Assembly: GCF_036971445.1 (NCBI RefSeq)
Contig: NC_091469.1
Location: 136,648,001 to 136,712,000 of the forward strand
Reading direction: 5' to 3'
DNA from: Narcine bancroftii
Taxonomy: Eukaryota
DNA length: 64,000 nucleotides
A program made the translations under genes and the position numbers. Of this stretch, positions 51,497-64,000 are shown piece after piece (positions within the stretch are counted from its first letter, which is position 1; every line of letters begins with the position of its first letter). A model generated the notes under the pieces. That model had not been told where the DNA came from. It worked only from the letters and a program-made list of their open reading frames with translations, and did no database searches.

Positions 51497-52301
51497 CAGG
51501 GGTGTCAAACTTAAATTCACAGAGGGCCAAAATTAAAAACTTGGACTAAGTCATGGGCCAAACTAAATATTTATTGAAAATTTTCAACAACACCTGCATG
51601 TTTTCTCTTCTTTCAACATATGTAATATTAAACTTTTTCTTATTAAAATAAATGTTTAATAATAGTTTTGGTTAAACTCTTTCCAGAAGAAGCATTAACA
51701 AATGAGAAATAAAATATTCAATAAATAATATTTCTCTGTAGCCTTTAAGCTCCTTTTAAATGTATTTTTTTTTCACAAGCCAACAAGTCAAAAAAATAAC
51801 AACTTGCTTCAATGAAAATCCAATCTTTCAACTATGAACAGTCCAAAGTTAACCAAAGAAAATATTAATCCAAGCTTAGCTTGCTACACTGTGATTTACT
51901 CTGATGCATCTGGGTCTAAACCAAATACTTGGCATCTCTTCTTAGATGCAATTTCATTAAACTCTGGGGTCAGAGTTTCCCTCCCACCTGTCTTGAAAGG
52001 TCCTGTTTTCTCTCTTTCGTTTAGCCATTTTGCGTAAGGGGTTTATTACATGCGAGTTCGGCGACAGGTCGCAGATGGTAATAAAAGTAAAGAGAGGAGG
52101 TGGGGGCGATTAGCGGGCTGACGGGCCGGCGCCAATGCATTTGCAAAGCATTCTGGGATTTGTAGTATTTGCTGTGCATGCGCAATACTGGCGCGGTGGC
52201 CAGCGGGCCAGCTCTAATGCATATTTGATATGATCTTGCGGGCCAAATATAATTATATCATGGGCCAAATTTGGCCCGCGGGCTTGAGTTTGACATGTGT
52301 G
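51497..52301 (-). mobile_element. Non-autonomous hAT deletion derivative
   Basis: Perfect 8-bp TSD CTCTATAC; termini CAGGGGTGTCAAACT and AGTTTGACATGTGTG. Minus strand retains a transposase-like start MAKRKRENRTFQDRWE (ATG at 52028) adjacent to a C-terminal remnant (KKRCQV). Confidence 0.9.
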
Positions 52302-52749
52302 CTCTATACGATTTATATCCTTCCTGTAATTCAGCGACCAATACTGCTCACAATAATCCAAATTTGGCCTCACCAATGCCTTATACAATTTCAACACGAC
52401 ATCCCAATTCTGATGAAGGCCAACATACCACATACTTTCTTGCCCACTCTGTGTACGCATGACACAACATTCAGGGAATTATGTACCAGAATTCCTAAAT
52501 CTCTTTGTTCTGCTGCACTCCTCAATTGTCTACCATTTAACATACATGACTTATGCTTATTAGTTCTACCAAAATGTAGCACCTCACATTTATCAGAATT
52601 AAACTCCATCTGGCATCTTTCAGCCCACTCTTCTAACTGTCCTATATCCCACTGCAGGCTTTGATAACCTTCTTCACTGTTCACAACACCACCAATCTTC
52701 GTATCATCTGTATATTTACTAATCCAATTTATATCCTTATCATCTAGAT

Positions 52750-53096
52750 CAGTGGTTCTCAATCTTTTTCTTTCCACTCATATACCTATGCCATTGGTCC
52801 TCTGTGATTAGTAAGGGATTGCTTAAGGTGGGATGTGAGTGGGAAGGGAAGGTTGAGAATCACTGCTCCAGACCAGATTGTTACAGAAATATTTTGCTTG
52901 AGAAAAATTGTCATTGACCCATTTCCTTTGGAGTTAGGAAATAGTGCACATAACGTCAATTAGACGATTAAAACAGTGGTTTTCAAACTTTTTATTTCCA
53001 TCCACATACCACCTTAAGCAATCCTTTACTAATCACAGAGCACCTATGGAATAAGGAATACTTAAAGTGGTATGTGAGTGGAAATAAAAAACACTG
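52750..53096. mobile_element. hAT-type MITE, composite of two units
   Basis: Perfect 8-bp TSD ATCTAGAT; CAGTG...CACTG termini. Confidence 0.9.
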
Positions 53097-56000
53097 ATCT
53101 AGATCATTAATATACATGACAAACAATAATGCACCCAGTACCGATCCCTGAAGTACTCCACTATTTACTGGTTTCCAGTTGGACAAACAATTATCAACCA
53201 CTACTTTCTGGCATCTCCCATCCAACCATTGTTGAATTCATTTCACTACTTCAATATTAATACCGGAGACTTGACCCTTCCTAACTAACCTCGTATGCAG
53301 AACCTCGTCAAAGGCAGTAAAGTTCATATAGACAACATCCACAGCCTTCCCCTCATCAACCTACTGAGTAACCTCCTCAAAAAAACTCTAGAAGATTTAA
53401 TAAACATGACCTACCACATGCAAAACTGAGCTGACTACTTCTAATCAGTCCCTGTCTTTCCAAATAATGGTATATACCATCTAAGAACACTTTCCATTAA
53501 TTTACTCACCACCGACATCAGGCCTACAATTACCAGATTTACTTTTGCAGCTTATTTTAAACAGCAGAATAACATGAGCAACCCTCCAATCCTCCACCAC
53601 CTGCCCTGCAGTCAGTGACATTTTAAAAATTTCTGTCAATGTCCCCAGGGTCCTAGGGAATATCTTGTCAGGACCCACAGATTTATCCACCTTTATTCTC
53701 TTTAAAATAACCAATACTACCTCCTCATTAATCTGTATATTATCCATGTCCTCACTACCAGATCTCCTGGCTCAATATTCCTTTCCCGAGTCAATACTGA
53801 AGAAAAAAAGTAATTTAAAATTTCCCCCATCTTTTCTGATTTCTCACATAACCTACCCCTCTGATCCTCAAGGGGTCCCAATTTTATCCCTCACTATTCG
53901 TTTACTTTTAAAGTACCATTGGGATTTTTTTTTTAAACTTGCCTGCCAAAGTAGCTTCATATCTCCTTCTGGCTTTTTATTTTCTTCCTTATTTTTTTTA
54001 ATATACTCCTAATATTCTTCAAGCACCTCATCTGATCCCTGCTGTCTATACCTGTGTGCACATCTCTCTTCTTCGGAACCAAATTCCCTATATCCTTTGA
54101 AAACCATTTTCTAACCTTTTCTTTAATCCTCACAGGAACATTCCAACTCTGTACTGTCAAAGTTTCCCCTTTATTCATCTGTTGCATTCTTCCCAGAAAA
54201 TAAAACACCCCAATCTACACCTCCTAAATACTTTTGCATCTCTTCAGAATTTGCCTTATTCTAATCAAGAATCTCAATCCTATCCTTCTCCATTAATAAC
54301 CTAAAATTAATAGCATTTTGATCATTAGACCCAAAATGTTCCTCAACACAAACCTCTATCACCTGACATATCTCGTTCAATCGTAAGTGATCCAATACTG
54401 CCCGCTCTCTAGTTGGCTCTTCTATGCATTGATTGAGAAGACTTTCCTGAACACATTTGACAAACTCCAACCCATCCAGCCATTTGACAGTACGAGCATC
54501 CTAGTCAATATGTGGAAAGTTAAAATCTGCTATAATCATCACCTTATGTTTATTGCACATATATGCTATATCCTTACAAATTTGCTCCTTCGATTCCCTC
54601 AGCCCATTAAGTGGTCTATACTACACTTCCATTAGTGTTTTCATGTCTTTCCCATTCCTCAATCCACCAAAATAGCCTCACTGGACAATCTATCCTGTCA
54701 TAGCACTGCTGCAATGTTTCCTCCAACAGGCAATGTGACTCTTCAACCTTTTACCTGCCCTGTTCTATCACACCTAAAACAACGGAATCCTAGAATATTT
54801 AGCTGCCATTCATGCCCCTCCTGCAACCAAATTTCACCGATGGCTACATTATATTTCTATGTGTCAATCTATGATCAAAGCTCATCCACCTTTCTTACAA
54901 TGCTCCTTGCATTGAAATGTATACACTTGAGACAATGTCCTCCACATACACTGCTTTGATTATCATCTAATTTGACTCCCTCCCATCAACTTTAACATTC
55001 TGGTTCCTCGCTCCCTTCAAATCTATCTTCCACCCAAATCTCTGCACTCTCATTCTGATTCCCACCACCCCCCGACGAGTTATATTAACCCTCCCCAACA
55101 GCTCTAGCAAACCTGCTGTCAGGATATTGGTCCCCCTCCATCCCTTTTGTACAGATCATACCTTCCCTAAAAGAGATCCCAATGGTGCACAAATGTGAAC
55201 CCCCAAATCTTTAGCCACGCATTCATCCACCACATCTTTCTATACCTACTCTGTCTAGTGTGTGGCACAGGCAGCAATCCTGAGATTACCACCCTTGAGG
55301 TCCTCTTTCCTAACTCCATATATGCTTTCTTCAGGACCTCATCCCCACTTTTATCTATGTCAATGGTCCCCACATCTGGCTGCTTGCCCTACCCCTCCAG
55401 AATGGTGTGTACTCGATCAGAGACCTCCCTGACCCTAGCACTTGGGAGGCAACATACCAACCAGGAGCTCTGATCTTGTCCACCAAACCTCATCTTCTCC
55501 CCTAACCAGTGAGACCCCAATTACAAGAGCTCTCCTCTTTTTCCTCTTCCTGTCTGAGATGAGGGGCTAGCCCCCATGCCAGAGACCTGACCACCACAAC
55601 TTGTCTCTGGTAGGTCGATTCTCTCTCTTCCCCAACCAAAACAGTATCTAAAAGAGAACACTTATTATTGAGGGGAATTGCTGCAGGGGTACTCTGCACT
55701 GTCTGTCTCCCCATCTTCCCTTTCCACATTTACCCAATTAGCTCACTTCTGTCTGTTTGGGTGACTGTCTCCCTGTAACTCCTATCTATGATTCCCTCTG
55801 CCTCCCTCATGATCTGAAACTCATCCAGCTTCAACTTTCATACCCTAACACAGTCTTCCAGGAGTTGAATCTGGATGCACCTTTTGCAGGTATAGTCATC
55901 AGAAACACTTATGCTACCCATGACCTCCCACATCCTGCAATCAGAGCACAGGACTGCCCCAACTGCCTCCATAACCTACTCTTAAATTAAGTTTGATTAA

Positions 56001-56281
56001 TTAAAATAAAATTACCAACCTTACTTCACTGCAAGCACTTCCTTACCTACTACTCGCCGAAGCCTCTCATGCCAAAGCTTTGAAGTCCCACTCCGTCGTT
56101 ATGTGACTCACTGGACCACTCCTTGCTGACTGCTCCTTTACCTAAATAACCCTTTATTGGTCCTTGCCAATTAATACAATTACCTAATTGCTCAATTTGA
56201 AAGCCCAAAGTCCTGATTCCCCCATCCCTTTTAAACTCTTGAAATCTACTCACCAACACCATTCACCCCACCCCCCCACAC

Positions 56282-56283
<2 letters not shown>

Positions 56284-56317
<34 letters not shown>
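56284..56317. repeat. (CA)n microsatellite
   Basis: Seen directly. Confidence 0.95.
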
Positions 56318-56319
<2 letters not shown>

Positions 56320-56534
56320 TGAGAATGGTGGATTACCAAAGACATCACATAGAATATTTACTTACCTAATTAATGGCCTGATTAGTTGCTTGCAAAAGGA
56401 ACTGCCTGTGGTCATAAGACTATTCTGCTATTAATAGGTTTGTGATAGTTTTTTAATCTACTTTCCATTCATCCATCCCAATTGCCAAATTAAATGATCT
56501 TTGTAAAATGAGGAAACATGTTATATTCATTATA

Positions 56535-58235
56535 ATGTGGAAGGTCATCTCTGAGGTAAAGTGGCAATTCCAGAGGAAGCTGGAGACATGGACAGATACA
56601 TGCCAGTTAAGGCAGGGAGTGCAGGCCATTACAACCTACATAGCAAGGGCAAACACTATAGATGGCTGTGATGCTTCATTACATGAAGAGCTGAACGTCA
56701 AATATGCCATCTTTGAGAAGACAAACCAAACAGTGCCCACTAGAATCCCTGAAAAGGCTGAGGACCCTATGATATCTGTCTCTGAGGATGATATAAGAAC
56801 ATCATTCAAGAGGGCAAACCTTCGCAAGGCATCAGGCCCTGACGGTGTACCTGGCAGGGTTCTAAAAATCTTCCCCAACCAGCTAGCTGGGAAGTTCATG
56901 GACATTTTCCACCTCTTATTGGTGCAGTCAGAGGTTCCCACCTGCTTTGAAATGGCATCAATCATCTCAGTACCCAAGAAGAGTAGCATGAGTGGCACAA
57001 ACTTCTACTATGATTAACTACTTTGGGGGGGCTAGTCATGGCCATAATTAACAGATATCTAAGTAAAGATCTGGACCCACTGCAATTTGCCTATTGTCAC
57101 CATCGCTCCACAGCAGACGCAATATCGCTGGCTCTCCACTCACCTCTGAAACACCTTGAAAACAACAGTTCGTACATATGGCTGCACTTCATCAAGTACA
57201 GCTCACCCTTCAATATTATTTTTCCCTCAGTGCTAGTCAAGAAGCTACAAAATCTGGGCCTCTGTACCCGACTTTGCCACTGGATCCTTGTCTTTTTCAA
57301 TGGAAGGTCACAGTCAGTATGAATTGGAAACAACATCTCCTCACTGATCATCAATACAGCCGCACCACAAGAATGTGTGCTTAGCCCACTGTTCCACTCA
57401 TTATACACCCATGACCGTGTGGCCAGGCACATTTCCAAAACTATCTGCAAGCTTGCTGATGACACCATACTTGCTGGAAGAATCATGAATGGGAATGAGG
57501 AAGCGTACAGTAGGGGGATAGATCACCTCTTTGATTGATGTCACACCAACAACCTTGCGCTCAATGTTTGTAAAACCAGAGATGATTGTGGACTTCAGGA
57601 GAAAGTCGGGGAGCATGACCTAGTCCTCAATGAGGGCTTGGTAGTAGAGAGGGTGAAGTATTTCAGATTCCTGGGTGTCAACATCTCTGAGGATCTGTCC
57701 TGGAGCCTCCATTTGATGCAATCACAAAGAAGGCTCACCAGTGGCTAAACATTGTGAGGTCTACATCACCTAAGACTCTCAAAAACTTCTACACATGGTT
57801 GGAGGAGAACATTCTGGTTGGTATGGAGGTGCCAAATCTCTGGAAAAGAAAAATAAACTCCAGAGGGTTAACTCAGCCTGTGACATCACAGGCACCAAAG
57901 TTCACTCCATTGAGGAAATCTAAATGGGTGGTGTCTTAAAAAAGCAACCTCTTTCCTCAAAGATCCCCACTACCAGGCCGCACCCTCTTCACTCTGCTAT
58001 CATTGGAAAAAAGGTACGGGAGCCTAATGATGTGCACTTAGTGACACAAGGACAGCTTCTTCCCTGCTGCCATCAGATTCCTGAATAATCAATGAACCAA
58101 GGCACTGCCTTACTTTTCATGCACTGGTATTTTAATTTATTTTGTATATTATTTTTGTAAGATGGTTCATAATATGGATGTTTTCACTATGATGTTGTGA
58201 CTTGTTCATGACAATGAATTCTGATTCTGAATTCT
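56535..58235 (+). mobile_element. Rex1/Babar LINE, 5'-truncated
   Basis: KASGPDGVPGRVLK, LDPLQFAY, KLADDT and a (ttctga)n tail. Confidence 0.9.
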
Positions 58236-58419
58236 TATAAGCTGTAGTTGACTTCCAGAGTGAAGTCTGTGATTCCATTTGTAGTGACTAAAATGTTAAC
58301 ATTTGAGTTTGGTCAGTTGGGTTATTAGACTGGAATCTTCATCGAGAGATTAATTTCAAATCCTACCCTGGCAACAGTGGAAGCTTAATTCTCATAATTC
58401 AGCTGGAAAGGATTGAGGT

Positions 58420-59480
58420 AAGAGTTTCAAGGATGTTACTAAGAGTCGGGGGCTTGAATTATAAGGAGAGGCTGGAACTTTATTTCATTGGAGAGTGTTT
58501 AGCTGGATGTGGGCCAAATGCAGACGAATGGGATTAGCTTTGATGGACAACTTGGTCCACCTCGATGTGTTGGGCCAAAGGGCCTTTTACAGTGCTACAA
58601 AATGGGAGAAGGAATAATTTCAATGGGTTGAAACAGATCAGGCACGTGAAAATAAAAGGAAGTGTTTGAATGAATTGAGGGATGCCTTTAAAGAGGAGAT
58701 GGTGAAGAGATAGTCGAGGTACTTCCTCATAAGGGAGAGCGTGAGAACAATTAATACAAGATCCCTGGATGAACATTGAAACAGAGCTTAAAATAATGCA
58801 AAAGGAAGGGCATTTGTCAAATTGTGGGACTTTGTGGGAACCAGACTTCTCATCCAGAATTTAAGAGCAAGTAAAAGAAGGAAAAGAGACCAAGAGAGAT
58901 TTGGCAGCATACAAAAAAAATATTTCTATGAACAGATAGTAAGAGTAGAGGTAGAAGCAAAATGGAGATCTCTCCTGCAGGGAGAGGACATAGGCAAGGA
59001 ATAAATTAGCAGAGGACATCTTTACCAAAGAAGATGTTTCTCCTTGAGTCTCAGTTAAGGAAGTTTCAGTTGGGATAGTTATGTGAAGGATTGATGGCAG
59101 GAGGTGTTAAAAAGATGAGCTGTAATGATTGGATGTATCAGCTAATCCAGAAGGTGAAGGAAATGTGGTTGACGTGATGTGTATGGATCTCCAAAAAGCA
59201 ATCGATAAAATGCTGCATAATTGGCTTGCAATCAAAATGAAAGGCCATGAGAGTCAATAGCTGTATGAACAAAAAAAAAATGGTTGCATGATTGGAAACA
59301 GAGTAGTAGTGAAGGGTGATTTCTCTGGTTGGAGAAAGTTTACAGGTGTGCTCCCCAGATGTCAGTATTAAACCACTGCACTTCTTAATATACATTAATG
59401 ATTTGCACTAGGATGCACAGATAGTAATTTGCTAATCTGCTAACAATACAAAACTTGGTCACATATAGAAGAGCTGAGTA
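58420..59480 (+). mobile_element. Highly degenerate CR1 fragments
   Basis: Remnants such as YGSPKSNR/DLQKAIDK, gtgctccccagatgtcagtatta and a CR1 3' UTR at ~58500-58600. Confidence 0.55.
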
Positions 59481-59499
59481 ATAGAATGTAAAGAGGAAT

Positions 59500-59900
59500 A
59501 AAAACACGAATGTCTGCAGACTCTAGGATTGAAGTAAAAACGATGTTGGAGAAACTCAGCAGGTCAAGCAGCGCATTTTATGTAGCAAAAATAAAGACAG
59601 ATACCAATTTTTCAGGCTTGAGCCTTTCATCAAGGTCTGAGCAAAATGTAGGCATATGTCTGAACAAAATAGTGGTGGGGTGAAGGTGCACAGTCCCACA
59701 GGCAAGAGGTGGAGAAGGGAGGGAGGGTGCACAGAGAGTGGGGGGGGGGGGCTTGCCTTGATGAATGGAGAGGGAATGGGGTGGAGAGTTCGAGGAATGG
59801 AGGCGAAAGAGGGGCAAGTAGGCTGGCAGAAACCAGAGAAGTTGGATGTTCAGTATGGGCATGCAGGTGTCATGGGGAAAGGCACAGAATTCCAGAGTTT
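59500..59900 (-). mobile_element. Penelope-like 3' terminal region with degenerate hammerhead motif
   Basis: Minus strand CAGACC-TTGATGA-AAGGC-TCAA-GCCT-GAAA at 59598-59639, followed by the conserved tgacctgctgagtttctccaacat tail. Confidence 0.6.
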
Positions 59901-60599
59901 GACATTCTGATAGGAAGAATCAAGAAGTACAATGTGCAGAATTCTGAAAAAAAGAAATGAGCTCTGGAAATATTTGTTGCATGTGTCAGAGGAGATCGAA
60001 GTATTTAAGGTTACAAAATGTCAGGTTGGAGAAGATGGAGGGAAACCAATACAGATTAATGGAGGAACTCTGCAGGTCAGAGTATCCCTGGGTAGAAATG
60101 GTCAGTCAACATAGTGACTCTGAACCATTTATTAAAAGGCCGAGATAAAATAAGTAAAATGACCAATAGAAAAGGAGAAAGAAGGTGGGTGAGGGACCCA
60201 GAGGTGATAGAGTAGAGGACAGAAGGCATGAGAGGTGAAAAGATTGGTAGAGGGAGAAACCTTTAGTACAGTGGGGAAGGGAGAAGGGGGAAAGAAAAGT
60301 TAAAGGGGGAAAACACACACACACACCTCTGGATCCTGTTTATTTTACCAGTTTTATCTTATTCTTGATAAAGGATTCAAACCTGAAATGTTAACTGACC
60401 AATTCTCCCCATATATCCTTTCTGACCTGTTGAGTTCCTCCAGCAATTCTTCCTCTGCTTAAAATTCCAGGACTTGCAGCTTTTGTGCTGCTCTGAAAGA
60501 AAGCGGATTCTAACTGCAGTTAGAGAAGGAACCAAAGAAGATTACAGGTGGGGGTTGGATTTCCCCCCCCCCCCTCTCTCATGTTAATTTCTTTTTAAT

Positions 60600-60850
60600 T
60601 TTAAAATTAGACATACAGCACAGTAACAGGCCATTTTGGCCCATTAGTCCATGCGGCCTAATTTATACCCATTTAACTTACACCCCTGGTACATTTCAAA
60701 CAGTGGGAGGAAACCAAAGTCCCCAGAGAAAATCCATGGAGACATGGGGAGAACATACGAACTCCTTACAGACAGTGTGGAACTCGAACCCTGTCCCCAT
60801 CACTGGCGCTGTAAAGGCATTGCACTAACCACAACACACCAACCATGCCA
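60600..60850 (-). mobile_element. V-SINE (HE1-like)
   Basis: Well-preserved copy of the family. Confidence 0.8.
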
Positions 60851-62199
60851 TCCCACCCACTCTCTCAATTTTTCCAACTGCAGTGTGAAGGCCGGCTTGC
60901 TTTTATGTGTACCTGTCCTTCCGTGTGCACTTACAAGTGTCCATCTTTGTGCGTGTAAAGACAAGGTAGTAACACCTCAAACAACCTCCAGGAGGAACTC
61001 AGCGGGTTGAGCAGCATCAGGGGGAGAAAGGGTGGTCAACGTTTCAGGCAGGAACCCTTCATCAAGAGGAGTTCTTCCAGCAGACCGTTTGATGCTCCAG
61101 GCTCCAGCGTCTGCCGGTCTCCTGTGTCTGCAGTGAAAGCTTGTCGGGAATCATCTCATTTCTCCTTATCATTGGACCAAGGACATATAGTAACCGTTTT
61201 GAAGAAACCACCATGCATTGAAAGAAATGCACAGGCATCTTTCATTTCTCAAATGACACGGAATGAAGGTGAATGGCAAAAGAAGCAACAAAAAAAAAAT
61301 ACATGAGGAGAGAAAATAAAATCATGTACGGAATCATGAATGTTTTGACAGGAGTAGAAGTGCTGACAGATTCAATCATAGTGTTAGAAATGAAACACTT
61401 TGATAAGTACCTAAAAGAAAAGTTTTGCAAGCCTAAATGGAGAGCGGGGATATGGAATTAGTTGAATTGTTCTTGTACAGATTCAGCAAGGATCCTATGC
61501 TTAATTCATTCAGGAACAATGCCGAGATTCTGTGTTCATTAACCAAAAAAAATGTTGAAAGTAGCACATGAATCAATACAAATAGTTGAAGATAATTCAA
61601 CCGTGAACACCAGACTTGAAACTCTGAGTTTAGCAATTGTCCTGAAACAGTTTTGGAGGAGAAATTCATTCCCCAGTGCCCATGCTAAATGTGCAATATA
61701 TTTGAACTTGATCTCTGAAATTCAAATCCGTTAAATTCAATGGAAATAAAATAGGATGCAACATGTTTACATTACAATATAAAGTGTTAACAACAGAAGG
61801 TAAATTTCCACCTGCTAGTTTTTTTTAATACATCCCTGTTGTTTTGCTTGCAAATCACACCAGAATCTTCATTTTTGTTGAGAGTTTCCCTCTGGTAGTT
61901 GATCTAAATTTAGTTCTCAAAAATGGTAATGTTGATCTGCTTTATTATTACCCGGTATACTCTGTGTCAATGCCTGGTCGCAGCCAAGTATAATCAAATG
62001 GTAGGCATTGCATCCATGATCACGATCATTACATGACCTTTGATTCAGGGAAATCCTGAATCTGGAGTGATTACCAGGGCCCATCAGAGAGGTGATTTGC
62101 TGAGAACATGACGCCAGGCCAAGGTGAACGGATTCTTTAGCAAGGACAGATCATCGAATTCAAGTGAAATGATTGGTTGCAATGAAGTTACATCAGGGT

Positions 62200-63053
62200 A
62201 TAAAGATATTAAATAAGTTCAATATATATTGAAGGCTATACAAAAGGATAAAGAGAATATCAATATTGAATTACAACACTTGGTATGGAAAACACCAACG
62301 AGTAAGGAGTTAATGCAAATAGAAATATAATATGTAAGATCTGAGGTTCATAATATGAATGAAAAATATAAGCAGTTATCAGCAGATATGATGCACTCAC
62401 AAGAACGAAAGAGTGAGGAAAATCAGTAAGTTATGAAAATTTGGCATAAGGTTGGAAATGTAAAGGAGAAGCTAGGAAAATTGAAGTCTGAAGTAAAGGA
62501 AGAAATTGTGGCGAGGAAGATCATTTCAGAAAAAAAACCTGATAAAATGGAAAATTTGAGTAGAAGAAACAATATTAAGATTGTTGGTTTGGAGGAAGGA
62601 GAAGAAAAGTATGGCATGATCCAATTCCTCCAAGGATAGATACCCAAGGTTCTGGGGGTAAAGCAATTTGAAGGTCCAATTGAAATTGAAAAAGCACAGA
62701 GCCTTCAGACCACGGCCGCAATCAGATGAGAAACCTCGCTCTGTAGTAATTCAGTGTTCAAAATATCGAGACAAGGTAAAGATTTTAGCCTTAAAGTAAG
62801 AATGAGGAATAGTCCACTTGAATATCATGGTTCAAAGGTTTTCTTTTATCCAGAAAATACTACACAGCTGTGAGGAGACAGTTTAATGAAGTTCAGAGAA
62901 GTCTTTGGGAAAAGGGATACAAGTTTATGTTTACATTACCCAACGGCGATGAAGATTGTATTGCCGGAAGGCATAAATCTTTTTTTTTTAATGGATTGCA
63001 AACAGGCATCAGATTTTGTGAAAACTTTGCCTTTTAATAGGCTGAGTAAATGA
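62200..63053 (+). pseudogene. L1/Tx1-type ORF1 pseudogene
   Basis: Coiled-coil-like region, then ENLSRRNNIKIVGLEEGEE, IEIEKA, PRSVVI and KVFFYP, which are L1 ORF1 RRM/CTD motifs. Confidence 0.85.
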
Positions 63054-63509
63054 GAGGAAATTATTTGGAATGAGGCAATGGACTAGTAAATTAGAGGCTT
63101 TGTTTTGATGTAGAACCTGGGAGGTGAAGAGTGCCAATTATTATCTAAATGAAGTTTACAGACACAAACTAAGAAGGAAAGAAAAATAAGAATGGTCCAT
63201 TTAACTTTTAAAATGGCTCTGACGAAGAGAATTATTGTTGCTGGAGAAGATGGAGGTGTTGCTCTTAAATATGAGGAGAGGCCCATGATGCAAGAAATTC
63301 CGGCTCTGGAGTGACGACCAGGGGCCGTCAGAGAGGTGTGTTGCTGGAACAGCAGCAATCTGACCAGCCTTTCAGCCAAGGGAAACAGATTCTTTAAGTA
63401 AGGTCAGATCATTGAATCTGAGTGAGATGATTGATTTTGGTGACGAAGGGAAGTTTTCTTCATGGTCTCGTCAATTTCTGGAGAATTTGAAAAAGACTTA
63501 TTAAGAATT

Positions 63510-63697
63510 CTTTCTTCTTTGGCTTGGCTTCACAGACGAAGATTTATGGAGGGGGTAAATGTCCACGTCAGCTGCAGGCTCGTTTGTGGCTGACAAGTCC
63601 GATGCGGGACAGGCAGGCACGGTTGCAGCGGTTGCAAGGGAAAATTGGTTGGTTGGGGTTGTGTGTTGGGTTTTTCCTCCTTTGTCTTTTGTCAGTG
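63510..63697 (-). mobile_element. RTE LINE, short 3' fragment
   Basis: Near-identical to the reverse complement of ~50474-50652. TSD aagaatt at 63503-63509 and 63698-63704. Confidence 0.9.
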
Positions 63698-64000
63698 AAG
63701 AATTATGGAACAAGGAAAAGGGATACAAGTTTATGTTACATTACCCTGTGACAATGAAGATTGTACTACTAGGTGGCAAAAAAAATTAAATTTACAGATG
63801 ATGCACAGGCATCAGATTTTGTGGAAACTTTGCCTTTTAATAGGCCGAGTAAATGAGAAGAAACTATTTGGAATGAGGCAATGGACTAGTAAATTAGTGA
63901 CTTTATTTATGTAACACCTGAGAAGTAAAGGGTGCCGGGGTCCATCGGCCGCTGTTCATGGACTCATTGTGGCAAAGAGCCTTATCCCGCATGATAGAGG

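Larger units (their letters stand above)
51068..56250 (-). mobile_element. Near full-length decayed CR1 LINE interrupted by two MITEs
   Basis: ORF1 zinc-finger remnant (CRMWE...DDYTCKRC, ~55850-55940) and SGNH-esterase remnant (VVISGLLPVP...MNAWL). ORF2 endonuclease (PTRERAVLD..EHFGSNDQN) and RT (SGVLQGSVLG, KYTDDTKIGG). Confidence 0.9.

Noticed and set aside
1-64000. CRISPR arrays, operons or other prokaryotic systems
   Set aside because: No regularly spaced repeat-spacer array or gene-dense organisation; the DNA is vertebrate-like.

Overview
This is eukaryotic, repeat-dense genomic DNA, not prokaryotic. The repeat complement (HE1-like V-SINEs, CR1, Rex1/Babar, RTE, L1/Tx1, L2 and Penelope-derived elements) suggests a cartilaginous fish such as a ray; that assignment is inference. 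I could not recognise a host protein-coding gene. Nearly all listed ORFs are transposon remnants or chance ORFs. The window holds a decayed Gypsy LTR retrotransposon, five solo LTRs, a near full-length CR1, a hAT transposon with a perfect 8-bp target-site duplication (TSD), several MITEs, pogo and Chapaev-like remnants, nested LINE insertions and two assembly gaps. The most notable observations are: (1) a 151-bp near-perfect inverted copy of nearby DNA inside a solo LTR; (2) a 3'-truncated U2 snRNA retrocopy with a TSD; (3) degenerate minimal hammerhead-ribozyme motifs in Penelope-derived, often palindromic, short elements; (4) an RTE insertion with a 74-bp 5' fold-back; (5) a tandem, apparently ORF1-only L1-like cassette. 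Family names come from recognised protein and DNA motifs, not database searches. Boundaries not fixed by TSDs are approximate.
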